In this document: piece by piece, positions 10,822 to 21,400 of the stretch | How positions within the stretch are numbered: position 1 is the stretch's first letter | Layout: each line of letters opens with the position of its first letter | Source: a virus | Taxonomy: Duplodnaviria > Caudoviricetes | Reading direction: 5' to 3' (one strand) | Length of the DNA stretch: 64,000 nt | IMG/VR virus record: IMGVR_UViG_3300021255_002539 | Span: 160,001 to 224,000 of that record | Notes under the pieces: generated by a model | Databases searched by the model: none | What the model saw: only the letters and a program-made list of their open reading frames with translations | Told to the model about the DNA's origin: nothing | Program-made: the position numbers and the translations under genes

Positions 10822-11223
10822 TTAATGCGTGTATTGCTCGGTGAATTGCCTGAACAGGAGATTGCCATATAGATACGCCTCTCCCTCTATTTCCTTCAAC
10901 TTGGAGTCCTCCTTCAATGGGAGGTTTGAAGCAGATTGGGCGAAACCCTCTGGATCGACCAGATTCTGGTTTCTGTGAACCATCTCGTGGCAAAACGACC
11001 TCAATATGTCCTTGATGTGCCGGTTGTCCACGAACAACACAATCTCGTTGTTGTTGGGGTCGTAGTATCCCGTTTTGATGAACAGTTCGTCCTCTGGGTT
11101 TGGCGTCTCGTCCAATGTGACTTTGGGCAGAGGGTCTATGTCGAACTTCTGGTCTCTGAGGTACTTCACAATCTCCTCAATCCAGTAGTTGATCATGTCT
11201 ATCTTCGTTTCGTTGGTTGTCAT
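10822..11223 (-). CDS. Zincin-like metallopeptidase (HExxH)
   Basis: TGYYDP..DILRSFCHEMVH..IEGEAY; own late promoter at 11233-11240. Confidence 0.75.
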   Translation of the reverse strand: MTTNETKIDMINYWIEEIVKYLRDQKFDIDPLPKVTLDETPNPEDELFIKTGYYDPNNNEIVLFVDNRHIKDILRSFCHEMVHRNQNLVDPEGFAQSASNLPLKEDSKLKEIEGEAYLYGNLLFRQFTEQYTH

Positions 11224-11232
11224 GGCAAGTTC

Positions 11233-11264
11233 TATTTACCAAAGTCGCCTCCAAATGGTAAATA
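11233..11264. promoter_or_regulatory. Back-to-back late promoters, 16-bp spacer
   Basis: TATTTACC-aaagtcgcctccaaat-GGTAAATA. Confidence 0.75.
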
Positions 11265-11271
11265 CCAACAT

Positions 11272-13353
11272 ATGAAAAGGTTTGTCTTGAACATAGAGAG
11301 GTTGTACACAGGAGCCACTGCGAATGCCCTGGTTTTGTCGCAGGTTGACGAGGACTTTCCTGTTCTCTTGCCGTCGCTCACAATTGAGCATGATGGTGAA
11401 ACTACCTTTGGCCAGTGGAAGTCCAAGTGTCTTGAGTTGTATTCGATGTTCGACCCCATTGGACACGAATACGAGGTGAAGTTCGACAACATCAATCCAA
11501 GTCGGTATCCCATTATAGTGAAGGGCAAGTTCCTGTAGGCGGTTCGCATACCCACAACGACCACTATGGTTCAGGCCGCTTAGATGGTCATCGAGCATCC
11601 ATCTGGGGATCACCAATGGCATACCGATACCACTGTGTTCGATTTGTTCAACTCATACATACTGGACTTCAACCTGGAGAGACAAAGGGACTTCAGGAGG
11701 AATGGGCACGACGAGTTGTACTTGATGGACGACACGCAGTGGAGGAAGCCAATCAACGCAGACTCCACATACTCGTCTGACAAGACATACATGCACAGCA
11801 TAAATGGACTGGGTGACATTGGGTATGAAGACGACAAGGTTGAGGTGGTGTCTTCCCAGATGAATGTTCTGTTCCCCTTCAAGAAGGTGTCGAGCAAGTC
11901 CTTGTATGCAGCCCAGTTGGATGTGAAGTCGGCAGGCGCAGTAGACGACGCGATGGAGAGGTCCCGAACGATAACGATGCAGGGTAAGGACACGCAACAG
12001 CAATGCGTGAATGGAACTGCCGTGGTTGGTGGTCATCTCTATGTGATGTCCTCTTTGCTGAACACATTGTTCCCATCCAGGTCAGGTGGTAGACCAAATC
12101 TATCTTCCAATGGGTGGTAGATGTTGAATTCGATGATTGTGGGGAATGTGGATGACGCATACGCATTTCCACACACGATGACACTGTTCCAGCCATCTGG
12201 CGAACATAGTGGGGACGACAACCTGCAGGGGGTTACTGAATTTGCCGAATGGTATGGAATGCACGACAGAAAGACCGTGGTTTCGTTGTCCGAGGAATAT
12301 GGTGGAGACACATCGTATCTTTGGTGCCTGTGCGTTGGTGCGTATGAACTGAAATTGTCCACGCATGGACCAACAAGCATTGTGCTTGGGGAAGATGGCA
12401 AGGTTGAAGTTCCCCTAGGTGCGTCGAGTTTTCTGAAGATGCGGTCCGGTGAAGATGAACTGAACAAGTATTCTGATGGTAAGTACATCGTCAACAATGG
12501 TGGGCAGGGAACATCAGTTGGCTTCAAGTTCAACCTATACGACAACTTCATTTCTGGGCAGTACCGTAGGCTGGTGGTGAAGGTTCCGAAGGACAAGGAC
12601 TTCGACCATCTGTTGTTGCAGTTCAAGTGCCAGACATTGTTTGATGACTTGATTGGAACAGAAGCGGAGTACAAGTTGTTGGTGAATGGAGAGCAGGCGT
12701 CAGCAGACGACGATGGGTGGATAACGCACCACATAGACAATGCTGTGTCGAGGGAACACGAGGTGGAGATTGGGATATTGGTTCACTACGAAGTTGACTT
12801 CAACAGGCGCAACACAGAAAGCATATACCAGGACATGCTCAAGAATGCTGGCGTGGTGTTGTGGGACATCCATTTGGAGAAAAAGAAGAACGATGTTGGT
12901 TCACAGAAGGAGCATTTGACATTCGCAGACTATGTGAACGAGAATGGGATATCACATGAGGAGTGGGAAAGGCGATACGACCAGTTCTGGCAAGTGTCCA
13001 GGTACATCAAGGACATGCCGTACCAAACGGTGCTGGAGACGCCATTGAAGAACATGTCGGGCTCTGGAATAGCATTTGCCAACAACTACTCCACCGGCGA
13101 CATATACGGTGACACATTCGCCACCAAGTCTGTTCTGAATCCACAATATGACATGGAATTGGATGAGGCAAAGGGGATTCTGAAGTCCAAGGGCAGGGAG
13201 TACATAGGGATGGGAAATTGCTCCAGCCAGTTGTTCTTGCTATATCAGCCAACATAGGTTGAAATTGGTGGAAACGGAAGCATCTACGCATACAGGCAGG
13301 GAATTGAACTTGACGACGAAAGGAGTGGAGAAAACCAAGATGGAAAACATTGA
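11272..13353 (+). CDS. Late hypothetical protein, probably structural (693 aa, 4 TAG=Gln)
   Basis: Single frame across TAG 11536, 11581, 12118, 13255 to TGA 13351-13353. Confidence 0.7.
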
Positions 13354-13618
13354 ACCAGATTCCCCATATAAACTGGGATTCCAAATGGTGGAGGTGGTGA
13401 AGAACATCAACCGCTTCGAGTCCTCCATAAAGCACAAGCCAAATGTGTTCTCTGTCGTTGTCGAGAACTCCAACCTGGAACCAGACGAGAATTCCCAGGA
13501 TTCAGAAATGGAGGACTACAAGCAACAACTGCGCAACTCCATATCCCAATACATCAGAAGCGCATGTGAGGGCATAACGCCAGCGCATACGCAATTGGTA
13601 AAGGTTCAGTTTACTTGA
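13340..13618 (+). CDS. Hypothetical protein (92 aa)
   Basis: ATG 13340 after AGGAGTGGAG; overlaps upstream stop. Confidence 0.6.
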   Translation: MENIEPDSPYKLGFQMVEVVKNINRFESSIKHKPNVFSVVVENSNLEPDENSQDSEMEDYKQQLRNSISQYIRSACEGITPAHTQLVKVQFT

Positions 13619-13840
13619 TTACCGCTTCCTGAATGTGACGCGACCCCTGGTGAGATCGTAGACAGACACCTCGAACTCAACCTTGTCCCCCAATGTGAGC
13701 TTGATTGAGTTCATCTTCATCTTGCCATTGAGTGTGCAGAGCACCTTCATGTTGGTGTCGTCGTCCTCAATCTCGTATGTACCACCGTGGATCTTCGTCA
13801 CGGTTCCTGTCCGAGATACAGTGCTTTCGTTCTTCGCCAT
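13619..13840 (-). CDS. infA: Translation initiation factor IF-1 homologue
   Basis: MAK..GTV..VLCTLNGKMKMNSIKLTLGDKVEFEVSVYDLTRGRVTFR, the canonical IF-1 pattern. Confidence 0.9.
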   Translation of the reverse strand: MAKNESTVSRTGTVTKIHGGTYEIEDDDTNMKVLCTLNGKMKMNSIKLTLGDKVEFEVSVYDLTRGRVTFRKR

Positions 13841-13862
13841 ATGAATTTCCCACTTAGGATTG

Positions 13863-14150
13863 CTTGTTCCTGAGTATATTGTCATTTACCTCATATATTG
13901 GTGTTCGGTGTGACCCAACCAAACTTGCGTTTGATCAGCTCGTGTGTTTGACTATTACAAATCCGCCTAGTGCGAACCAGTCTGTCACGAATTATCTGAA
14001 TTGATGACTTTGTGGGAAAACTTATACTGAGCCAGACGAAGAATATCAACGTTGAGATTGCCAGTGCCAATAGTATTGCTGCGATTATGTTTGTCATACA
14101 AATTCCTTGGGCTCAGGAGATTACTTGTTCCTGAGTATATTGTCATTTAC
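13863..14150. repeat. 27-bp direct repeat (13863-13889, 14124-14150) flanking a small membrane-protein gene
   Basis: cttgttcctgagtatattgtcatttac occurs twice. Confidence 0.85.
13891..14097 (-). CDS. Small membrane-anchored hypothetical protein
   Basis: N-terminal hydrophobic helix, basic tail; AAGGA RBS. Confidence 0.6.
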   Translation of the reverse strand: MTNIIAAILLALAISTLIFFVWLSISFPTKSSIQIIRDRLVRTRRICNSQTHELIKRKFGWVTPNTNI

Positions 14151-14441
14151 AATCCTTGTTACGATTCTTGTCATCAGATCGTTGAATTCCATTGAGTTGC
14201 TTATCGCGTCCACTGTAGTCTCGGTTTTGTCATTCACGAGCCTGCTCACATTGAAATTATACAACTTCTCGGAGTTCTCGTAAAGTCCATTGTCCTTCTT
14301 GAGATCCTGGGTGACGCAATACTCCAGGATGTTCACGACATCTGCGATGTTCCTGATGAAGTACCGCTTGTTGGAGTGTAGGGGGTGTTCGTATGTGCGG
14401 TTGTTGTACTGGACCACATATCTGACTTTTGTATTGTCCAT
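14121..14441 (-). CDS. Hypothetical protein
   Basis: ORF with GGGAG RBS in a co-oriented run. Confidence 0.65.
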   Translation of the reverse strand: MDNTKVRYVVQYNNRTYEHPLHSNKRYFIRNIADVVNILEYCVTQDLKKDNGLYENSEKLYNFNVSRLVNDKTETTVDAISNSMEFNDLMTRIVTRIVNDNILRNK

Positions 14442-14456
14442 TTCAAGACTCCCCTT

Positions 14457-14804
14457 TCAGTCAATCTCGTCCTTAATCGCCTTGCAATCCAGCCAACTCA
14501 TAGGGACAATGTTGCCCTTCTTCGTCAGAATCATCAATTCGACGTGAATTGCCACCTTGATGGGCATTGTGTGACGACCTTCCACCGGAGGTTCGACCCA
14601 CTTCAGGTCAACAGAGTTCGTCAAGTAGGAAACCATGTCCAATGTGCCGATTTGGGGGTCGGAATATCTGCTGATGAGACTTCCAATTGCCTTTTTGAGC
14701 TCTTCGGGCGTTTCGTATTCCTCAGTACTCATATACACATTTGGGGTTGGCTTGCCATCCCAATCCTCTGCGCGCGATATGATTGCCAGAAATTTGCTTT
14801 TCAT
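14457..14804 (-). CDS. Hypothetical protein
   Basis: ORF with AGGAG RBS. Confidence 0.65.
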   Translation of the reverse strand: MKSKFLAIISRAEDWDGKPTPNVYMSTEEYETPEELKKAIGSLISRYSDPQIGTLDMVSYLTNSVDLKWVEPPVEGRHTMPIKVAIHVELMILTKKGNIVPMSWLDCKAIKDEID

Positions 14805-14877
14805 TCTTCTGTCTCCTGTTTGAAATTCAAGGTCAGGGTGGCTGCTAGGTCAACCACCCATCCCCATTGAAATCCCC

Positions 14878-15807
14878 TTACGCGACCTTCACTCCGGTCA
14901 CACCCTCCAGCTTCTTGAGGAAGCCAGTGAACCTCCTGTTGGTGAGCGTGGTCTCCATGAACTTGCTCTCGAACTTGTTCTTGGTATTCTTGCCAATGGC
15001 ATGCGTGGTGTAGTCGGCATAGGCGCGGATGAGACCCCAGGCGTTGCCATAGTGCGCCTTGTTGCCAGCGTCGTCGTAGCAAGCGAGGAACGCCTGACGG
15101 TTCTTGATGATGTTTGCCTTTGCGGTCTCGTTCATGTTCTCTTTCACGGGGAAAAGGACATTCACGAACATCTCAATCTGGTTCTTGTCCATCTTGATGT
15201 TGGCGTACTTCTCGGCAACCTTGCGAAGCCCGTCCATGTACTCGCGGATGCCCGTAAGGGTCTCCTGACCCTGCTTCATGCGGGAGGGAAGGGAGGAGGT
15301 GTGGCGAATCGCAATCGTGTTCGCGATGCCATACAGACCAATGTTGAACTGGGCGTAGTTGGCGTTGTTGAGCGCAACGATGTTGGCGCGGACCTTGAAC
15401 CTGCCATTGAAGCTGTTCTGAAGGACGATGCAAGGCGTGTAGTCCTCGCCCAGAATCTTGATGGAGGGCAGCTGACCAATCACCCAACAAAGGCCCGCAT
15501 AGGTCATGCCACCACGGGTGAACTTGAGCTTTTCGTCGATGTAGTCTGCGAACGCGAACGCCACCTCGTTCTGGCAAATCTCGTACCCCTTGCCAACGAT
15601 GCCCAGGTAGCCATCCTTGTCAGTGCGAACCGTGGCGAATTTGTCGGCAATCTTCTTCATGTCAGGGCCGAAGAAGATGGGACGCTTCTCAACCTCAAAG
15701 TCGAGACCAACAGCCTTCAGGGCGTCGGAAATCTTCTTGGCGTTCGTGGACTTGCCAACATTCTCCCATGTGGCAACGCGGTTGGTCTTGACGATGGACT
15801 TCTCCAT
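14878..15807 (-). CDS. DUF932/DUF945-family phage-plasmid protein (309 aa)
   Basis: GLDFEVEKRP..ATVRTD..LGIVG..YEICQN..LQNSFNG..IRHT..GNAWGL..AYADY..H; AAGGAG RBS; sigma70 promoter upstream. Confidence 0.8.
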   Translation of the reverse strand: MEKSIVKTNRVATWENVGKSTNAKKISDALKAVGLDFEVEKRPIFFGPDMKKIADKFATVRTDKDGYLGIVGKGYEICQNEVAFAFADYIDEKLKFTRGGMTYAGLCWVIGQLPSIKILGEDYTPCIVLQNSFNGRFKVRANIVALNNANYAQFNIGLYGIANTIAIRHTSSLPSRMKQGQETLTGIREYMDGLRKVAEKYANIKMDKNQIEMFVNVLFPVKENMNETAKANIIKNRQAFLACYDDAGNKAHYGNAWGLIRAYADYTTHAIGKNTKNKFESKFMETTLTNRRFTGFLKKLEGVTGVKVA

Positions 15808-15908
15808 TTGACTTACTCCTTTGGAAACCTCTCGGGCGTTTCCATCTCCCATTGCTTGGGATGATTGACTTCACCTTGAAATCACCTTTTCTCCCTCACA
15901 ACACCTAT

Positions 15909-15938
15909 ATTATATCATATTCAGATTCAGTTTGTCAA
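15909..15938 (-). promoter_or_regulatory. Sigma70-type early promoter TTGACA-N18-TATAAT with extended -10 TG
   Basis: Consensus -35 and -10 upstream of the DUF932 gene. Confidence 0.8.
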
Positions 15939-15983
15939 TGGGGTTTTCAAAGAAAAAAAAACCATTGTTTTTCAATGGGGTTT

Positions 15984-16024
15984 TGAAAAAAAGATGGGCG
16001 CCGTTCAAGCACCCATCTTTTTCA
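15984..16024. terminator. Bidirectional intrinsic terminator
   Basis: A-tract-GATGGG..CCCATC-T-tract. Confidence 0.7.
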
Positions 16025-16045
16025 TCTTGTGTGATTCGATTTGGA

Positions 16046-16444
16046 TCACCTATTTAGGCTTCCGGGTGGTGCGGCAATCACATCGTCCACATCCAATATG
16101 AAGGACACGCCATATGACTTGTCGCAGTCGTTGCACTTGAACTCAGAAAGCAACTTGGCTCCAGAGAAATACCCCTCCTCTGGATAGTCGTCAGCATCCA
16201 CGAACTCGCAGTTGTGCCCACCGCAATATGGGCAGACATATGCTGGGTCGGTGGAGACATCACCAACACTTTCCTTGACAGACTTCTTACCGAACTTCTT
16301 GGCGGATTCCTTGAACTTCAGAATCTTGCCCTTCTCTGTCTTGAACAACTTGCCACTTTCTGACACATATTCAAGCTTTCCATACTTGCTTGTGAAATAC
16401 TTGGACTTCTCAAAAGCCTCTTTCGTTATGTTGAGTTTTTTCAT
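16046..16444 (-). CDS. 47-aa conserved leader fused to a Zn-ribbon cargo
   Basis: MKKLNITKEAFEKS...ILKFKE|S followed by CPYC..CNDC; late promoter 16489-16496. Confidence 0.75.
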   Translation of the reverse strand: MKKLNITKEAFEKSKYFTSKYGKLEYVSESGKLFKTEKGKILKFKESAKKFGKKSVKESVGDVSTDPAYVCPYCGGHNCEFVDADDYPEEGYFSGAKLLSEFKCNDCDKSYGVSFILDVDDVIAAPPGSLNR

Positions 16445-16503
16445 TGTTTGTATCCTCGTTCATTGTTGGTATCCTCGTTCATTGTTTGTATTTACCAATG
16501 TGT

Positions 16504-17520
16504 TCAAGCGAAGAATACCTCTGGCATCCCTGCTGTCTCAGAACGCAAGTTCTCCAAGGTCTTGTCAAGTTCCTCCTTGCCCTCAGCACCGATGTCCTTT
16601 GACACCGAGCCACCTCCGGGAAGGGTAATACCCTCGTATTTTCCCCTCACCTGACCTAGCATAATCTTGCAGTATGCCAATGTGAGCCTTTTCACATGCT
16701 CGTTGGCGTAGAGTTCGTAAAGTGGTGGCTCGATTTCGCACTCAAGCACCATTGGGACGCCCCATCTTGGGTCTGGTCTCCTCCCCAGTTCTGGGTATGG
16801 CCATAGGTCAGAGTGGTAGGGTGGTGGCGTCGAGCAGCATCCCTTTGGTTCGGGTATTATCACCAACCGCTTTGAGCTTCTGTTGAACTGCCAGTCAGGT
16901 TGGGTCGCCAAAACCCTTTGCGCCATCTTCTTGAACTCGATGAAGTTGTGGTAGGTTACGAACGATCCAGCCAAGTTGCCAGAGCCATAGTGTCCAGTGC
17001 TGGTTCTGTTGATCATCCAAGGCAGAACCACGCCCCAGCCAGAGAAGTCAATGCCATATTGGAGGTCGTTCACCTGGACGACATTCTCTCTGCTCAAGTC
17101 TATTCCAACACCTGGCACATATTGCCTAGAGGACTTCAATATGTACTTCTTCGGAAACGTGGCGTACTTGGTGTAGGTATACAAAGCATTCTGAATTGCT
17201 GCGTCAAAGTGGTTCTCCCTCAGCTCCACAGTCACCAAAGGATACCCAAGCATAGTCAGAACCCAGTCTATCAAGTCCCTCTTGCCCTTGATGGCAGGAT
17301 GTAGGAATGTGGACTTGTGGTCAACCTTCGCTTCCTCGTACTTGGGGTAGTCTTTGATTGGCGTTTCCTGTTCTGGGTGCAGATACGACACATGCTCGTC
17401 CTCCCGATTCTCGTGGATTTCCCTGTGGGTGTCGTCTGAGATGTCGGGCTTGATCTGCAGGATCTTGTTCAATCCAGCAATGTTGAGGTCAGGAAGCTTG
17501 TCTGTCGTCGTTATCTTCAT
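16504..17520 (-). CDS. Neck/head-completion protein, T4 gp13-like
   Basis: LIDWVLTMLGYPLVTVEL..AIQNAL; VKRLTLAYCKIMLGQVRGKYEGITLPGG. Confidence 0.85.
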   Translation of the reverse strand: MKITTTDKLPDLNIAGLNKILQIKPDISDDTHREIHENREDEHVSYLHPEQETPIKDYPKYEEAKVDHKSTFLHPAIKGKRDLIDWVLTMLGYPLVTVELRENHFDAAIQNALYTYTKYATFPKKYILKSSRQYVPGVGIDLSRENVVQVNDLQYGIDFSGWGVVLPWMINRTSTGHYGSGNLAGSFVTYHNFIEFKKMAQRVLATQPDWQFNRSSKRLVIIPEPKGCCSTPPPYHSDLWPYPELGRRPDPRWGVPMVLECEIEPPLYELYANEHVKRLTLAYCKIMLGQVRGKYEGITLPGGGSVSKDIGAEGKEELDKTLENLRSETAGMPEVFFA

Positions 17521-17538
17521 ATGCCAACCATCCTTGCC

Positions 17539-18225
17539 TTACATGTCAACTTCGGTTGAAACAGATATGTCAATCTTGAAGTCAAGTCCATAATATGGAT
17601 CATTAACCAATATGCTCTTGTAGTCCATCATATCAGGTTCCACTGTGTATTCATCACCATCGCACTTCTTCAATGCACTGACAACACAATCCCTGAACTC
17701 CCTAATCTCGTCAGAGTATTCGTCTTCTCCTTCCATGCACTTGAACCTGGGATTGGATTCTGTGCCTTCCTTGGTGAACTTCTTGGTGGATTCGGTTGTA
17801 TCCTGTTTTGGTCTACACCAATCTTGGGGATGCCATTCATCTTTCCTCCAAGAACCATGTGGACGATATGTTCCAGCATTTTCGTCTCCATATCTCCATT
17901 GTCCATCAATCCATTGGACATCTTTCACGACAAATGGATACCATTCATCGCCCTTTGGATATTTCCACTCCAATTCATCCCCAACCTTGAACTTGGGTTT
18001 CCCCTTGAACATCTTCTTCAATCCTTTAATGCCATCGTCCATTCTACTTCCAATATCAGAGAATAATCCCTCATTTACCTGCTTGGATTCCTTGAACATC
18101 AGAATCCTGCCCTTATTCGTCTTGAACACCTTGCCAGATTCACTGACATATTCCAACTCACCATATTTGTTCGTGAAGTATTGGCTTTTCTCAAAAGCCT
18201 CTTTCGTTATTGGTAGTTTCTTCAT
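17539..18225 (-). CDS. 47-aa conserved leader fused to SH3-like and acidic cargo modules
   Basis: MKKLPITKEAFEKS...ILMFKE|S; internal VNE|G, TTE|S, GTE|S; late promoter 18258-18265. Confidence 0.75.
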   Translation of the reverse strand: MKKLPITKEAFEKSQYFTNKYGELEYVSESGKVFKTNKGRILMFKESKQVNEGLFSDIGSRMDDGIKGLKKMFKGKPKFKVGDELEWKYPKGDEWYPFVVKDVQWIDGQWRYGDENAGTYRPHGSWRKDEWHPQDWCRPKQDTTESTKKFTKEGTESNPRFKCMEGEDEYSDEIREFRDCVVSALKKCDGDEYTVEPDMMDYKSILVNDPYYGLDFKIDISVSTEVDM

Positions 18226-18462
18226 TGTTTGATCCCATTATTGGTTGTGCCATTTGTTATTTACCAAAAAACAGTGCACAAAACGCCAGTTTGTCGTATT
18301 GGACATCTACATTGCTATTTACAATAGAACTTCAAAAATAGAAATAGGGGTTGGTGAAAAAAGTGTTTTCTGTGTAAATATATTTGAACTATGAATTTCT
18401 GAATGGGTATTCAGAATGGAATAGTACAAATAACTATAACTAGCAAAAAAGAGGTATAAATA

Positions 18463-21400
18463 ATGGCAACAAGAGATTTGAGAGCACCTGGTGTGTCTAT
18501 CATTGAACATGATCTCTCTGGCTACACCACGACCAACATTGGTACTTCCTGCCTCATCACTGGTTTTGCGCAGAAGGGCGAGGACCTGGAGCCGATTCAC
18601 ATCACGAACCGCTCTGCATGGCTGCTCAACTATGGTGCGCCAACCAACGAGGCCGAGGAGTACTTCTACAACGCAGGCATGGAGGTACTGAACCAAGGTG
18701 GCTTCCTTTACGCCGCGAAGATACCCTATTCAAACGACATGGCGGGAATCTACGCTGCATCCAAGTTCATAGTTGGAAAGAACCAGCCAATCTACAAGCA
18801 GAATGCAGATGGGTTCTTCATTGCTGACGAACTGAATGATGATGGAAGCGAGATTGAGATAATGGATGATACTGGGACAAATCCCCTTAGTCCAACATCT
18901 CCAGAGGGTCGCTTCATCCGCAACTACAGGGGCTTGAAGGACTTGGGCATCAACACGCTTCAGCTTATCGCTCCAGCAGCACAGGACTTCCTCTCGAAGG
19001 ACTTGGTTGACGAGTACGAGTGTGGCGAGACCAGGCCGAACTCGAATGTCATCTACTTGGTTGACAAGACCCGTGCAGTTTACACCCGCGCACCAGAGGT
19101 TGCCGACAAGCAGGACAACCGTGATTCGCGCTACTGCATTGGCATTGTCCCTGTGATAACCACGATGTGCAACACAGCATGGTTCCAGAAGAATGTGACT
19201 GGCTTGAAGGCAGATGTGGATGAACTCTACCAGCCAGTCCGCTCCCTCAAGACGATTGAGTTCCCAGCGGGCGCTGCAAGTGCTGCTGAGTACAAGGCTA
19301 CCAAGTTCGTGGATTCCGACCTCCACACGCCTTTGATGAAGGACGACAGGGCGTTTGCGACATCCCTCTCTGAGATGGCCGCGACGATTGCCCAGTCTTG
19401 CTTGACGAAGGGTAACTTGGTTGATGGCAAGTTCAAGCCCTACATCTGCAACGATGTGGCTGTCGTTGTGTTCAAGGCGTTCGTCTCCACCGAGGACGGA
19501 AAGCTGGAGTTCACCCCAGTCGAGACTTTCGTTGGCTCCCTGGACCCTGATGGCAAGGACGAGAAGGGCCGCACGACATTCATCGACAAGATCGTGAACG
19601 ACAACTCCGAGTACATCTACTGCTTCTCCAACTTGGCGAATCCACAGCAGGTTCTCAATCCTGACCATGGTTTCGTCGCTGGCTCTGATTCTGAGTATGA
19701 CGAGGTGAAGAAGGAGATCAAGAACGACTTGGAGTACGATGCTGCCTCCTTGTTCTCTGCATATGCGGCGAGGATGCTTGGTTTTGACCACAACGAGTCA
19801 TCTGACATGTCTGGTCTTGCTGCTCCAAGGTACTTCCCTGAGGAGGTTCATGACGAGGACGATCCCACAAGCGAGTTGTATGATTTGTCCAGACGGACAA
19901 TGGGTTCACTTCGCCAGTTCTACAACCAGGACGCCAAGCACCGAGTGTGTGTTTTGGACGAACTGGTCTATGGTGGCAAGTTGAAGGAGGATGACTTCAA
20001 GAAGATTGTTGGAGAAGAAATCTACGGATACATCTCTGGACAGTTGACCGACAAGTACCTCAACATCGTGGACAAGTTCATCACAAAGACCCCTTCGTTC
20101 AAGTACGACTTGGACGCCAACAACAACGAGGGTTCTGTGAACTTCACACTTGAACAGGAGAAGGACTACGACTACGACATCGAGAACTACTCCTACAAGT
20201 TCACGATGGGTGCCGACACAGACAACAAGCAAAACGATTGGAAGGATTGGGTCAACGCAATCTCTGGAATGAAACTTGGCGAGTTGAACATCCTCAACTC
20301 CACCGACTACCTCCGCGCCATCTACGACTTCGACGAGTTGGTTGAAGCTGATGTATTGGCGAAGATTGAGGATCCAAGTGGGAATGTCCCTGATCCAGAT
20401 TCAGAGGAATGGGCGATAATCCGCCAAAAGGCAATCCAGGCGTTGGTAATCAACTCCATCGAGAAGTCCGGCAGGTTCAAGCTCAACCTCCGCAACCTCA
20501 AGAAGGCGCAAATCAACATCGACAAGCTCGATGACGCATTCGTCGCCTCCCAGAGCGCAGAGAAGGAAACCGACAAGGCAATTGGCAAGAAGTATGTCGA
20601 AGACCTGTTCAAGTCCTACAACGACCTTGGACTTCTCTCTGGTATCAACTTCGTGGATGTCGACAAGTAGTCGTCCTCCTCTTCTTCAAGCAAGTCTGAT
20701 GGGGACATCCTCTCCAAGAAGGACGCGCTTGAGGCTAAGCTCGACGCAATCGTGAACATCGACACGAGCAAGCCACAGAAGATGAAGCCCCGTCAGGGAC
20801 ACGATACCCCAACTGGTGGAGACGAGGACCTGGACTTCCTGGAGAAGTACCTCCGCGTGAGGATGTACCTTGAGGCGCAGTTCAACGCGAAGAAGGCCGA
20901 CCTCCTCTCTGCGATTGCCAAGATAATGGAGGATTGTTGCTACGCGCAGCAACGCTATGTCGAGGCAATGCGCAACAAGGACGACTCCTCAATCATGTTG
21001 GGCTTCTACCCAGAGATGGCTGAGCCAATCATCACCTACACCACAATCGCGCAGTCCCTCAACAAGATACTCGACACGATGAAGAACATCAACGAGTGCG
21101 ACATAGATGTGATGTGCGACGCGGGTGTTTCCAACATCGCCCAGTTCGTCAAGCAGGTCTACGACCCAAGCGCAGACGATGGCGAGGATGTTGGTGGTCT
21201 CTACAACCCAGTGAAGTACTCCAGCTACTTCAAGTTCAACAAGAACACGGATCTCGCCTACTGGAAGACGATTGTGTACAAGTTCGACACATTCTGCAAG
21301 TACCGTGGCGACTGCATGTTCTGCACAGAGGGGCCTCGTGGAATGGTTCTGATTGGAAACAAGCAGGTCGTGCGCAAGACCAAGAAGGACACGAACATCG

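Noticed and set aside
10794-10822. 13-bp direct repeat catgtagttgact
   Set aside because: Only two copies at a gene end beside a terminator; no function can be supported
18455-18462. Perfect T4 late promoter TATAAATA for the sheath gene
   Set aside because: Abuts the ATG and overlaps the RBS spacer; TGTAAATA at 18373-18380 fits this phage's consensus better
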